Notes: a model not told the origin generated them from the sequence alone. Shown: positions 51,847 through 62,852, counted from the first letter of the stretch. The stretch is DNA of 64,000 nucleotides from a bacterium (GCA_963669175.1 OY769902.1:864001-928000), one strand, 5' to 3'. Numbers and translations: made by a program.

Positions 51847-52814
51847 ACCTACCCGACTCCATGTGGGCGGTGCGGGTTGATAGCGGCATGAAAGCCGTGA
51901 GGACCGCTCTGCCTCCACGTCACCCTGGTGACTGCCTGGTCAAAATCCAACGTATCGGCATTTGTGGAACCGACCTGAAAATGTTTGAAGGATATACCGA
52001 TTTTCAGGGCATTGTAGGGCACGAATTCGCAGGTACCGTGATCGAAGCGGATGATCCTTCCTGGATCGGCAAACGTGTTACATCTTCCATCAATCTCCCC
52101 CCTGCTGACGCCGATTCTTCCTTTGATTGGGCGTCGGTGAAACATCATCCCCGTCGCCGAGCCTTGGGAATCCGTAACTATGACGGTGTGATGGCGGAAT
52201 ATGCTTCTCTGCCGCCGGAAATACTGGTTGAACTCCCGGATTCGGTAGATGATCTGGCCGGGGCAATGGCGGAGCCGTTGGCTTCTGCGCTTGAAGCGGT
52301 GGAGGTTCTGCCGAAGAAATACAATCCTGTGCTGGTGGTTGGCGACGGACGTGTGGCGCAACTGGTGATTCGTGTGCTGGACGCCGCCGGGCTGGAAGTA
52401 CACCTGATGGGGAAACACGCAGACAAAATCAAGCTGGCGCAACAATCCGGCGCGTTCCTGCGTGATAAGGCAACCATTACCCCGGAAACACGTTACCCGG
52501 CCGTCATCGAAGCGACCGGGTCCGCTTCTGGCGTACAGGATGCCCTTACCGCGACTGCACCGGAAGGAGTGCTGGTGCTGAATACGACTCTGCCGCATGG
52601 GGTTGAGCTTGACCTGGCGCGTATCGTAGTCGATGAAATCAAGCTGATCGGATCGCGTTGCGGGGATATATGTAAAGCGGTGGCACTGCTGGAACACGGC
52701 AAAATCAACGTGGACGACATGGTCTCGGCTACGTATCCCTTGCAGGAAGCGGAAACCGCTTTTCGGAAAGCGCAGGAAAAAAGTTCGCTGAAAATACAAC
52801 TTGTTGTTAATTAG
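51843..52814 (+). CDS. Zn-dependent alcohol dehydrogenase (MDR) family
   Basis: GICGTD, GHEFAG, EPLA, VVGDG, IGSRCG. Confidence 0.9.
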   Translation: MNLPDSMWAVRVDSGMKAVRTALPPRHPGDCLVKIQRIGICGTDLKMFEGYTDFQGIVGHEFAGTVIEADDPSWIGKRVTSSINLPPADADSSFDWASVKHHPRRRALGIRNYDGVMAEYASLPPEILVELPDSVDDLAGAMAEPLASALEAVEVLPKKYNPVLVVGDGRVAQLVIRVLDAAGLEVHLMGKHADKIKLAQQSGAFLRDKATITPETRYPAVIEATGSASGVQDALTATAPEGVLVLNTTLPHGVELDLARIVVDEIKLIGSRCGDICKAVALLEHGKINVDDMVSATYPLQEAETAFRKAQEKSSLKIQLVVN

Positions 52815-53096
52815 GAATTAGAAATGAGGATTTAGGAATTGACAACGGGTGGCCCGAATCGCAACTGATCCTGCCTGCTTTACATCGCTTTCAGAATATT
52901 CTATTCGGCGCTGACAGTGAAATAATGCTTGGAGCGCTTCGGGGATTATCCTGGTTCGAATTTTCGATGATTCTTGCTGTGAGTGTTTAGGCATGCCTCG
53001 ATGTATCAATTCTGCCGGGTCACGCATGAGTGGGCTACAGACTAACTTTCCCGATTCAGAACCCTCCTTTTTCACTTTTTTCACTGCTTGCTTTTT

Positions 53097-54134
53097 TCAC
53101 TCAAAACTCCATACCGCCAACGCCTGCGGAGGATCATCGAGGTTGATCGAACGTATCACCGCGTCATCTTCGACAACATCAAGCTGCACCGCATCTTTGC
53201 AGGCTACATACAGCCGTCCCGTTTCCGGATCAACCGCCACATCCAACGCCCCCGTCCCAGTGGCAATGGAATCAAGGGCGCCAAGTGTGTTCTCATCGTA
53301 GGTCAGCACCAGGCCGTGCTGATCGCCATCCAGTTCAAACCCACCGGCTGCAAGGTACATGGTCCCATCCGTACCACGAGCGATACGGCCGGGGTACGCA
53401 TTAAATTCGATGGCGTCCACCTCATCAAACGGATCAAGCTGATAAACACGCACTTCCCCGGTTACGTTGTCATAGTTGCCGGTGCAGACCACATGCAGGC
53501 GTCCCTGGCTGTCCAACGTACCAAACTGGCTGTTCATCCCAGTTTCCACAGTGAAACGACGTGTGCCGGTCTCAAGATCAAACGCCCAGATAGATCCTCG
53601 ATTGTGACGCAGGTTGTTAAAATCGAACCCGGTGTTCAACACAAAAGCCATATCGGATGTGACCAAAACACCTTCCGGCGCGACACCCGTTGCCCAGACA
53701 TCGGTGATAGTCGCGTTCACCAGATCCACAACGCTCACCGAATTGCGCATCAGGTTGGTGACCAGCAAATCGCCATCCGAGGTTAAAACGCCGCAATAGG
53801 GATTGTTGTTCGATCCCAGCCCGATATCAAAGGAACCCGCGAGGGATATAACGCCGTCTGAAGCTTCGAACACGTTGATATCGTTGGACAGGCTGTTGAT
53901 GACGTACATACGGTTCCCATCCGGGATCGCCCAGTTCGGAGCGTTCCCCAGCCCCAACGGTTCCTCGATCAATTCGTTTGTGGTCAAATCAAACAGGCGC
54001 AGGGTACTGAACCCGATGATCGCCAGGTAACGGGTGTTATCCACATTCGCTACAGGATCATCAGCCTTATCATCGCAACCTGTAGCCAAAATCAATCCGG
54101 CAAGTAACAGGCAGATTAACGTGTACTTTTTCAA
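53097..54134 (-). CDS. YncE/BtuG-like beta-propeller lipoprotein
   Basis: Lipobox ATGC, YVINSLSNDI, NNNPY, GVAPEG, HVVCTG; last gene of B12 operon. Confidence 0.75.
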   Translation of the reverse strand: MKKYTLICLLLAGLILATGCDDKADDPVANVDNTRYLAIIGFSTLRLFDLTTNELIEEPLGLGNAPNWAIPDGNRMYVINSLSNDINVFEASDGVISLAGSFDIGLGSNNNPYCGVLTSDGDLLVTNLMRNSVSVVDLVNATITDVWATGVAPEGVLVTSDMAFVLNTGFDFNNLRHNRGSIWAFDLETGTRRFTVETGMNSQFGTLDSQGRLHVVCTGNYDNVTGEVRVYQLDPFDEVDAIEFNAYPGRIARGTDGTMYLAAGGFELDGDQHGLVLTYDENTLGALDSIATGTGALDVAVDPETGRLYVACKDAVQLDVVEDDAVIRSINLDDPPQALAVWSFE

Positions 54135-56443
54135 TTCCGGCTCCTCCAGGATGTGTCGAGTGATATTCGCCAGATTCGCCCGGGCATGGGCATGCGGTCC
54201 AGGAGTTCATACTGTGTGTTGGTCACGTTGTCCACACCCAGCTCCAGGGTAACACGCGCCTGTTCACGCGATACATCTCCCCCGACAGCGATATCAATTA
54301 CTCCGTATGGTTCAAGCCCGCCACCGGCCAGCGACAGGTAATCGAGGTTACTTTCGGTGGAGTAACGGCGTGCGGAGAATCGCCACTCGGTACGGGCAAA
54401 CCACTGCCGCCACGCTAGTGAAAGCTGCGAGGAACCATACCAGTCCGGTTGGAACGGGATATGGTTTTCGTAATAGGGTGAGTTCGGATTATTGTTGCGT
54501 ACGTGCTGCCAGGTAAAAGCGTTACGCCAGGTAACCCGGTCCTGGAACAGGGATAGCCCGAAAGCTGTTTCAAGCCCCTGTGTCAGCGCTTTACCCACAT
54601 TGGCCGGGTAATACTGACCACGATAGTTCTGTCGCCAGGTGATCAGGTCACGGGTTGAACGGTAAAATCCTGTCAGCGAAATATCTAGTGTGGAAAACAT
54701 GTCGGAACGTCCCAACGACACCCCGCCGCTGACTTCCTGCGCTTTTTCCGGCTCCAGCTCCGGGTTGCCCAGGGCAAAGATGGATTCGCTCAGGAAAGAT
54801 GCGGAAAAAGGTGGTGGGGTGAAGCTGTTGCTTCCGCCGATATGTAGCCCCCAACTCCATCCGTCCTGCACGGCTTGTTTCCAGGTAAAGGTGCAATTGC
54901 CGATAAATAGCTGTGTTTCCTTTTCGACGCTGTTGGTTACCAGATCGCGATATCCCGCCACACCAGCGTTGACACGTGTTTCCAGGGGATAGCCGAACAA
55001 CGGCAGCGCTCCCCGAAACTGTGCGGTTGCATGCCCGTTGCTGCGATACACCGTTCCCAGCAGGCGCTGTTCAACGCCTCCTGATTGCGCTCGATCCTGG
55101 CTGTCGAAAGATTCATAGGAGCCGCCAATGGAAAAGCCTGCGCTCTGTCCTCGGACTCCCGGGCTGGCGGCATCCAGGGACACCGAACCGCCATAGACTA
55201 TTGACAGCTCTTCCAGGTGAACCGGGGTATAAAACATGGTTTCCTGCGTGTAAGGATTCACCTGTCTCGCGGGATTCTCAAATTCCCGTGCGTTGCTGGT
55301 GACATACCCAATAAAGACCAGCTCGCTGTTGCTGACCGGACGGCTTATTTTCAGGCTGCTTCGTGTATGTAACTGGGAATGTTCCGCGTCCGGTGTTGGG
55401 GGCTGGTATAAAGGTGCGGGGCTGCCAGCCTGATATCCGCCCGCTGAAACGTCCAGACGGCTTTTCCAATTATTCACGAACGTGTATTCGTTGCCAAACG
55501 ACAAGTTGACACGTTTCATTTCGTTGTTGTTGCGCTTAAACGACGCGCTGTTATCTTCGTATTCGAATTTTCCATCGGCATTGGAAAGCTGTCCTGCGGT
55601 GTACCAGCGTGAAGTAGCGCCGTTGCGTTCGATGGACCAGCCGCCACGAATGCCGCCATACTGCTCCAATTCCAGATAGCCACGTCCGTTATTCGCAAAC
55701 GGGCTTCCCTGCTGGGTCAGGATGTGCAGCACACCGCCCTGTGCATTGCCATGATCCGAACGCGGTTCGATTTCAATCTTGTGGACATTTGCCAGTGGGA
55801 TCGTTGCCAGATCAACCGCGTTCCCGGAACCGTCGTTCAGGAAAACACCGTCAACTTCAACCAGTACCTGTTCGGGACGGCACCCACGATAGGTAATCCG
55901 TTTGGCGCTGCCGAGACCACCACTTCCCAGCAAGTTCACGCCGGGCAGGGTGGAGACCGCTTCGCCGACATCTTCCCAATTGGCCTGCTCGATACGTGTA
56001 CGGTCAATCATGTTCGGTTCAAGCGACGGGGTTGTTCTTTGTCCGCGCACCTGAATCGGCGTCATTTCTATAGTTTCAGGCAACAACCGTAATGTTTTCC
56101 AACTGGACATGCCTTCACGAATCCGAACCGGAACCAGTTGCTGGTGATAGCCAACGTGTGTCACAGTCAGCGTCCAGTCACCCGCAGCAAGCGAAACGAA
56201 GGAGAAGCGACCGTTTTTATCTGCTACTACCAGCAACCCCAATTCAGTCAAGCGAATATGAGCGCCGACCAACGGCAAGCCGGTCTCATCATCCAGCACC
56301 TGGCCTTCAAGCAGGGCGGGGGATTGGGATACGGAAAGCGTGATGTCCGGTGAGGCCGCACCTTCCCCGTGTTCACCCGCCACGGCCACACCGGCCAGCA
56401 GCAGGATCAAGAACAAGGCGCTATGTCGGCACACACTTTTCAC
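54131..56443 (-). CDS. btuB: TonB-dependent receptor, probable cobalamin transporter
   Basis: N-terminal carboxypeptidase-regulatory-like domain, plug (LPGV...YRG...VLVEVDGV), GNPELEPE, PMPGR; under cobalamin riboswitch. Confidence 0.85.
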   Translation of the reverse strand: MKSVCRHSALFLILLLAGVAVAGEHGEGAASPDITLSVSQSPALLEGQVLDDETGLPLVGAHIRLTELGLLVVADKNGRFSFVSLAAGDWTLTVTHVGYHQQLVPVRIREGMSSWKTLRLLPETIEMTPIQVRGQRTTPSLEPNMIDRTRIEQANWEDVGEAVSTLPGVNLLGSGGLGSAKRITYRGCRPEQVLVEVDGVFLNDGSGNAVDLATIPLANVHKIEIEPRSDHGNAQGGVLHILTQQGSPFANNGRGYLELEQYGGIRGGWSIERNGATSRWYTAGQLSNADGKFEYEDNSASFKRNNNEMKRVNLSFGNEYTFVNNWKSRLDVSAGGYQAGSPAPLYQPPTPDAEHSQLHTRSSLKISRPVSNSELVFIGYVTSNAREFENPARQVNPYTQETMFYTPVHLEELSIVYGGSVSLDAASPGVRGQSAGFSIGGSYESFDSQDRAQSGGVEQRLLGTVYRSNGHATAQFRGALPLFGYPLETRVNAGVAGYRDLVTNSVEKETQLFIGNCTFTWKQAVQDGWSWGLHIGGSNSFTPPPFSASFLSESIFALGNPELEPEKAQEVSGGVSLGRSDMFSTLDISLTGFYRSTRDLITWRQNYRGQYYPANVGKALTQGLETAFGLSLFQDRVTWRNAFTWQHVRNNNPNSPYYENHIPFQPDWYGSSQLSLAWRQWFARTEWRFSARRYSTESNLDYLSLAGGGLEPYGVIDIAVGGDVSREQARVTLELGVDNVTNTQYELLDRMPMPGRIWRISLDTSWRSRN

Positions 56444-56570
56444 ACGCTATACTTTCTGCAGGTGGTGAATTTTCTTTGCATCAGAACGCTATACAATGAA
56501 CTTCCCCGATTGCCCCATTGGCTTGTCAAACGGGGTTTACAGTATATGAATCAAAGAGCCAAGTCCTTGT

Positions 56571-57476
56571 TTATCTCACCAAAACCACCCGTGTCATCTG
56601 AGTCTGTATTCCATTTCCCACCTGTACCCAATACACGCCCGCACTGGTTGTGGATGCAGGTTGCCACACCCAGGTATTCACCCCGAAAGCGGCTTCATGA
56701 TAAATTTCCCGTCCCAGAGTATCGAACACGCGTACCGGCGTATTTCCATACACACCGCCACTCCACTTAAAACGCACCACACTGTTAAACGGGTTCGGCC
56801 AGGCAGTGATCGTGAGTGCATCCGGAAGACTGTTTTCAGAATCGTTTATCCCATTCCCTGACTCACCATGAAGAACAGCAACCGCATCCAGGTCGAAGCT
56901 GGGGCCGGAATCGGGCACGAAATCACCGGAATCGGTGATACGAACATACGCCGCATGCGCGAGCCCGACATCTGCCAGGTCAAAAGCGTCGCCACCACTG
57001 AAAGTGGGGTCCAATGGATCTGCGGAACCATCTACTGGCGTTACCCCGGCCAGTCCAGCGAACGTGTCCGGATCATACGGGAATTCATACCACGTTACCC
57101 CATCTTCACTAACTGCCACAATCGCTGTTTCACGATACACCAGGCTATCCATTCCATAGTAGAAGGGGTTTTCGAACACGGTAAAATCAGGTCCGGCGCC
57201 ATCGACAATTCCACCATCCCGAAATGCCAGAATGATGACACCGCTTGTACCGAGAGTCAGCAGTTCTACCGGCGAAGATGACGGCACGGACGGCGTGGCT
57301 ACCGGGTCCGGTGGGCCGAGAATGTTGTCCGGGAAAGACTCCTGCCCGAAACCGGCCCCAACTCCATAGGTCACACTGATCACCTCATCTGGCCAGGGAT
57401 CCACCGCCCCGGCCTGTGAAGCCATCAAAAGCAAACCCCAGTACAGGGCCGTTATCGTCAGGATAGTCCTCCGCAT
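56571..57476 (-). CDS. Cell-surface protein (BtuH-like) with T9SS domain
   Basis: GAGPDFTVFENPF, VAVSEDG..WYEF, GGDAFDL, YVRITD, SFDLDAV; WPNPFN tail. Confidence 0.65.
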   Translation of the reverse strand: MRRTILTITALYWGLLLMASQAGAVDPWPDEVISVTYGVGAGFGQESFPDNILGPPDPVATPSVPSSSPVELLTLGTSGVIILAFRDGGIVDGAGPDFTVFENPFYYGMDSLVYRETAIVAVSEDGVTWYEFPYDPDTFAGLAGVTPVDGSADPLDPTFSGGDAFDLADVGLAHAAYVRITDSGDFVPDSGPSFDLDAVAVLHGESGNGINDSENSLPDALTITAWPNPFNSVVRFKWSGGVYGNTPVRVFDTLGREIYHEAAFGVNTWVWQPASTTSAGVYWVQVGNGIQTQMTRVVLVR

Positions 57477-58822
57477 TAACGCACCAGTACCAGTTTCTGG
57501 GTCAACGTGCGTCCTTCGCTGGTCAACACGGCGAACCAGGTTCCGCTGGCGAGATCCTCTGCTTGTATGGCAATCGTGGACGTGCCTGCTGTATAGGTGC
57601 CATTTGCCAATGTCCGAACGAGACGCCCCTCCACCGAATACAGATCGATCCGTACATCAGCGGCACGGGACAGGGTAAAGGAAAGTCGAGTTGTTGAGTT
57701 GAAGGGATTCGGCCAGGCCGGCTCAAGGGTGATTGTTGATGGTAATTCTTTGGACGATTCCGCAACATCCGAACCGCCGAAACCTTCGAAGAAACCAAGC
57801 GAAACCACTTCCCCGGTAAAAGTGCCCAGCAGGGTCACTTCCGACCAGTCATAGCTGCACCATTTAATCCAGCTATCACCGGCATAGTTTGCATTACCGA
57901 TGAATATCCCGTTCAGCCCGGTGGCCAACGCATTACCGCCGACCAGTGTATCGGGAACCTCGGTATCTTCAACAAACATAACCGCGTCATATGCGGAAAT
58001 GTTCGGCGTGGTATAGGCGTATTCATCACCCAGCACCAGTTTCGGCCCCTGGCAACATTCCGGGTATACGAGTGCAATCTGGCCCGGATTGCCTGCTACA
58101 GTAAATGACGTGCTGTCACCATCTTCCGGGTCATAGCGATATACACTTCCGCCAACCGGTTCATCGCCCCAGCTACGTCCGCTGCACAGGATGGTAAAGA
58201 CGCCAGTTGTATCTACCACGGACCATTGGGGATTGTCGCCGGTCAGGACAATTGTATCAACCATCATTGTCTCCGGATTGACCAGCACTGCCTGTGCGCC
58301 TGATCCCCACCCGGATTCCGCCACGCAGATTAGCGTGCCGTCTGTGGACATGCCTTCCGGCGCGTTCAGGCCGGTCAGGGTATCTACCGCTTCGCCCGTG
58401 GACAAGTCGATTTTGAACAGGCTGCCGGATGAGGTCAGGGTAACAAAAGCATAGCCCTCCAACACCAGTACATCCCAGGGATTGGACCAGGCGGGCAATT
58501 CGATGATTGTCCAGTCAGGGCTGGTATTCCCCGCAATTGCGGCTTCGATGTTTTCCAGTGTGGTGTACCAGACTTCGGCGCCTTCACCAGTGGTATAATC
58601 ACCGGAGTGGACGACGTAAACAGTATCTTCGAAAACACGGACAGAATTGGCAACAGACCCAAGCGCATCGATCAGGGTTATATCCCCATTGGTTGTCACG
58701 TAGGAAAGCGACGGGTTGGAATAGCCCGTTACAGCGAATACACCCGCTTCATCGAGTACGGTTGCGCTGGAAAAGGACACGACAATCAGGGCCAGCACAA
58801 AACTGGCAAACAGGCGCTGCAT
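57476..58822 (-). CDS. YncE/BtuG-like beta-propeller with T9SS domain
   Basis: LGSVAN, YVVHSG, SNPWD, APEGM, GDNPQ, LCSG; AWPNPFN...KLVLVR. Confidence 0.75.
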   Translation of the reverse strand: MQRLFASFVLALIVVSFSSATVLDEAGVFAVTGYSNPSLSYVTTNGDITLIDALGSVANSVRVFEDTVYVVHSGDYTTGEGAEVWYTTLENIEAAIAGNTSPDWTIIELPAWSNPWDVLVLEGYAFVTLTSSGSLFKIDLSTGEAVDTLTGLNAPEGMSTDGTLICVAESGWGSGAQAVLVNPETMMVDTIVLTGDNPQWSVVDTTGVFTILCSGRSWGDEPVGGSVYRYDPEDGDSTSFTVAGNPGQIALVYPECCQGPKLVLGDEYAYTTPNISAYDAVMFVEDTEVPDTLVGGNALATGLNGIFIGNANYAGDSWIKWCSYDWSEVTLLGTFTGEVVSLGFFEGFGGSDVAESSKELPSTITLEPAWPNPFNSTTRLSFTLSRAADVRIDLYSVEGRLVRTLANGTYTAGTSTIAIQAEDLASGTWFAVLTSEGRTLTQKLVLVR

Positions 58823-58948
58823 GAAAAAACCCTCCCGGTTGGTCGAACCACCGAAAGGGAGAGTACTTGACGAAAAGAAGCTGACTTGGCAGAAACGTAG
58901 ACGCTTCACCCCATCATGCCACCCCTCCCGGGTGGTCCGGGTTGTGCT

Positions 58949-59128
58949 GAAGCCGGTCTCCGGGCTCGCGGGTCACTCTCCTCCGGCGCCTTCCCAGGAA
59001 GCCGACCGCTGTCTTCGCGATCTACTCTTCCCAGTGGCAGGTTGCCGGACTCGTCGCCGCATACCGTGGCGGGGGCCGCTCCCGTATTTCACGGGATTCC
59101 CGATTAAGCCAAATGGCACTTCAGACAG
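58949..59128 (-). promoter_or_regulatory. Cobalamin riboswitch
   Basis: Minus strand: AATCGGGAATCCCGTGAAATACGGGAGCGGCCCCCGCCACGGTA...GCCACTGGG...CTGGGAAGG...GAGCCCGGAGACCGGC. Confidence 0.93.
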
Positions 59129-59431
59129 TTAGTAAAGAACAAGTCGCTCAAATGTAGCCCGCACACGGAGAGACTGCAAGCAAATGGGAGGGATCTACTC
59201 CATTGGCCGTTCTACCCAGGGAATGAAAAAGAAAGAGTCACAAATTTATCAAAATCAGGAGCCAGTGAAACCTGCCATTTGAAGAGCCAATAATAGCGAA
59301 AATCACATGGAGTATATCCCGGACAAGGCTAAACGACAGTGTTTCCAGGATGATAGGAGCGGCGAAAAATGGGGCTGTTACCTTTGCATTTTCCCAAATA
59401 CATGATAACCGAATCAGGGTTGATGAAAAGG

Positions 59432-59763
59432 GGTTCCTCACAAGAATTTGTACATCCGGGCAAAGTTGTGGCAGGTCTTGACGCGACATTCCGTTTTCGG
59501 CTTTCGCAATGTATTTCTGAATGCACATGATACTGAAACCACCTCTCGTCCTGTTATTGTCGCGTTGTGACCTGCCACCGGTATCAGCACTCTCGCTGTC
59601 GTCAGGTCACAACATGATGCTTGATGACGATCTATCATGCGAAATAGCAGCTGTGAAGTCGGACAGGTGTCTGAAATTGCGGAGAAGAACAAGAAAAGGG
59701 CATCACGTTAAGACCTGACGAAACGTGCTCGTCGATAATATGCACAAATTCTTGTGAGCAGCC
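59432..59763 (-). mobile_element. MITE family A copy 3 (332 bp, inverted)
   Basis: Same TIRs; 8-bp TSD TGAAAAGG. Confidence 0.93.
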
Positions 59764-59817
59764 TGAAAAGGCAACTGTGCCGAATTTTTCGCCTGCTTTT
59801 GTTCGATATCCAAAGGA

Positions 59818-59944
59818 AAATCCTGGGACAGCTACCTTTTCTGCAATTTTATTGTTTAAATACAGGTATTTTATCTACATAACCAGGCATTGACCTTGTG
59901 TTCGGGTAACATCTCTTGCAGAAAAGAGTAGCAGTCCCGATTTT
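59818..59944. repeat. GGGACAG/GTCCC palindromic repeat
   Basis: GGGACAGCTACCTTTTCTGCAA ... TTGCAGAAAAGAGTAGCAGTCCC. Confidence 0.65.
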
Positions 59945-60067
59945 CTGCCAAATCTGATCACGTAGTTGTTGCTGTGGAGAGGAAGAGTGTAATCATACGA
60001 ACCATGTTGTATGGTAATCGGGACGCTTGCGTACCGATCTGTTCAGGTGTCCTGTTCCAACGACAAG

Positions 60068-60102
60068 AAAAACCCCCACTCCGGAATCTGCCGGAATGGG
60101 GG
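60068..60102 (-). terminator. Intrinsic terminator
   Basis: AAAAA-CCCCCACTCCGG-aatctg-CCGGAATGGGGG downstream of the 60155 gene. Confidence 0.65.
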
Positions 60103-60154
60103 CTGAATGTTCAAAGGTGAAAGTTGAAATCAAATAACTTTCAAACTTTCCAAC

Positions 60155-62584
60155 TTACTTGAGCAGCATGACTTTCCTGACGGAATTGAAGCCATTGGCG
60201 TTCATGCGGATGAAGTACATGCCGCTGGCCATGTTTTCAGCCTGCCAGGTCACGTTGTAGGAACCCGCAGCATAACGACCGCTGGCGAGCTTGGCGACTT
60301 CCTGGCCCATCAGGTTATATACCGCGATGGTCAGGTCGCTGCTCATCGGCACCTCGAAACGCAGGTTGGTGCTCGGGTTGAACGGGTTCGGATAGGCTTC
60401 GCTCAGGCTGAATGCTGACGGCAGAGCGTCATCGCCCAGGTCAACCACGCCTTCTACGTAATCTGCCCAGCCGACGACATGGATAAACCAGTCCGCGTCA
60501 GCAGCCGTAACCGTTTCGCCATCGAATTCAAAGCAATGGCCTTCGCCCCATTCCGGGCCGCTCCACAACGGGTGCGGGAAGGCGCTTTCGTCTATCAACT
60601 CCATCCAGACCCAGAAATCACCGAGGTCACGCAAAGCGTCAACCGTGCTGAAGTTCAATACACAGGTGTTACTGTAAATCAGATACTGGTTGATCCAGAA
60701 GTTCTGGGAATAGAGCTCTGTGCCAGGTTCGATCCCGGGGTTGGAATCATCGGAATAGAAATGGACCGTGATTTCAACGGAATCGATTTCGTTTTCCTGG
60801 AAGTCACCATTCCACAGGCAGCGAATCGAGTCGACATCAAAGTTGGCCAGGTCTTTCGGCAGTTCGTAATACATCAACGGACCCTGACCCTGCTCGAAAC
60901 GGCTGGTCGTATAATCGACGATACGGTTGTTGTAACCGAGTTCGTACTGACCTTCCGGCATAACATCCACTTCGATGGTCTCTGTGGTGTTGTTGGACGC
61001 ATTTTCATCCGGGCTGGCCAGGTGACGTGCGAAGAAAGTGTTGGCGCCTGAGGTCGTGGGCACCCACGCATCCAGACCGTCGTTCGGATCCGGATCCATG
61101 AACAGGGTAACGGTTTCGTCCGGCGCCAGGGTCAATTCTGTTCCAAAGACCTGCGGCACGCCATTGAAGTTCCAGAACGCGCTGAAGGTTTGTTCGTTGT
61201 TGCCCAGGTTGGCGTAAGTCGCACGAGCGCTTGTCGGGTAGCCGACAGAGGTCGGGAAGGGGATATCCAGCGGCAGAACCGCGATATCATATTCCAGACC
61301 GGTTGTGGAATGAATCATGACATCGTCGATGTACAGGCCTTCACCGGCGCCGCCATCATCATTGTCATCGGTACGTGCTTTGAAACGCAGTTGGACAGTT
61401 TCGCCCGCCCACGGGGTCAGATCGATATCTTCTGTCTGTGTACCACCACTGATGAGACCGTTGGTACGCAGCACCCAACCGGCTTCCGAATCGCCGCTGC
61501 CGTTGTCGTAACCATAATCATAAACTACCTGCACCCAGGAGACACCACCATCGTCGGTGATTTCAATCATGTAGTAGTCTTCGAGGGAGTTGTCGCCACT
61601 GCCATCGTCGTCCAGCATGTTGCACCAGACCCAATAGGTCATAAAGGTGGCCGGCCATTCTTCCTGGCTTGGAATCTCAATTTCCGGGGAAACCAGAGCA
61701 TCCAGGATTTCCGGTTCAACCGGGCAATGCCAGGCATGGGATTCGCTGTGGTACGAGGTTGTCTGCAGTTCCCAGAAGTCACCATTGCCACCCTGATCCA
61801 GACCGACAAGATCACTTGGGGTAGCTGTGCCATCGGCATCATTTTCCAGGTACGTTGTGCCACCATCGGAAAGAAGGATGTCATCAAGGAACCAGCTCAA
61901 ATAGCCGCCATCCGGGGTGGATTCACCCGGGTCGGCGCAGAAAGCAAAACGAATCTGGAAACTGCTTTCACCAGCGAAGTCGCCCAGGTCGAAGCTGACA
62001 GCCATCCATTCTGTCGCCAGGTCGCCATCCCAACCGGGGATTCCCGCACCCATACCGAACTCGCTGCCGAACCCATAGAGGCTTTCGGAACCGTAAGGTA
62101 CAGATGGGTCTTCCATGACGTTCCAGGTTTCACCGTCGGTGGAGTACCACACGTTGGCGCCATCCCAACCATCGTAGGGATCATCTGCGCCGGCAGAACC
62201 TTCGCAATCCAGGTACATCATAAAATCGAGAGCCAGATCATCGGACGCATTGGTCAGATCCAGTTCCGGGCTTTCAAGATACATCAGCCAGTGGTCGTTG
62301 TAGCCTTCCAGTTCGGGATCGGCACACCACCAGGAGTTGCCGTCATAGGCGTTAAAACTGTTTACATGCCACATGCTTGGCGAAGCAGTAAGATCACGGG
62401 GATCCCATGCATCCATGCCGCCCTCGAAATCATCGGTCCACCAAGTGGTGTCCTCATCTAATTCCGAGGTGGTAACCAGACTCTGCACGCGCCAGTTCTC
62501 CATGGGGATGGCACGTGAGTACGTGCCAGCGAACGCCGCAGAAGCAAGCAACGCCATCACCAAAATTAGAACCGTTTTACGCAT
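60155..62584 (-). CDS. Large acidic T9SS-sorted protein with tandem jelly-roll (immune inhibitor A/MAM-like) domains
   Basis: DDFEGG, LESPELDL, WDGANV..STDG, QIRF...WFLDDI, second copy GLYIDDV; AYPNPFNP...VMLLK; AAGGAGG RBS. Confidence 0.82.
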   Translation of the reverse strand: MRKTVLILVMALLASAAFAGTYSRAIPMENWRVQSLVTTSELDEDTTWWTDDFEGGMDAWDPRDLTASPSMWHVNSFNAYDGNSWWCADPELEGYNDHWLMYLESPELDLTNASDDLALDFMMYLDCEGSAGADDPYDGWDGANVWYSTDGETWNVMEDPSVPYGSESLYGFGSEFGMGAGIPGWDGDLATEWMAVSFDLGDFAGESSFQIRFAFCADPGESTPDGGYLSWFLDDILLSDGGTTYLENDADGTATPSDLVGLDQGGNGDFWELQTTSYHSESHAWHCPVEPEILDALVSPEIEIPSQEEWPATFMTYWVWCNMLDDDGSGDNSLEDYYMIEITDDGGVSWVQVVYDYGYDNGSGDSEAGWVLRTNGLISGGTQTEDIDLTPWAGETVQLRFKARTDDNDDGGAGEGLYIDDVMIHSTTGLEYDIAVLPLDIPFPTSVGYPTSARATYANLGNNEQTFSAFWNFNGVPQVFGTELTLAPDETVTLFMDPDPNDGLDAWVPTTSGANTFFARHLASPDENASNNTTETIEVDVMPEGQYELGYNNRIVDYTTSRFEQGQGPLMYYELPKDLANFDVDSIRCLWNGDFQENEIDSVEITVHFYSDDSNPGIEPGTELYSQNFWINQYLIYSNTCVLNFSTVDALRDLGDFWVWMELIDESAFPHPLWSGPEWGEGHCFEFDGETVTAADADWFIHVVGWADYVEGVVDLGDDALPSAFSLSEAYPNPFNPSTNLRFEVPMSSDLTIAVYNLMGQEVAKLASGRYAAGSYNVTWQAENMASGMYFIRMNANGFNSVRKVMLLK

Positions 62585-62852
62585 TCCCATCCTCCTTAAA
62601 GTTTTACGGATCAACAGGCAATCTTTTTCTCTCAACACTAACCACCAAAACGCCACCATAGCACGAGATTAAGGTTCCCACACCGGTAGCGAGTGTATCC
62701 CAATACCTCTATGGCAATGACCTGATGGCCATTGAGTACAAGATTGCGTTACAACCCAACTACATATACTAGGCACTCAGAACATTGCAACGCAATAGCT
62801 GAAGACGTTTTTAAGCGAGTGCTTCTAACAATTTACGAACTGCCTGGTGACT

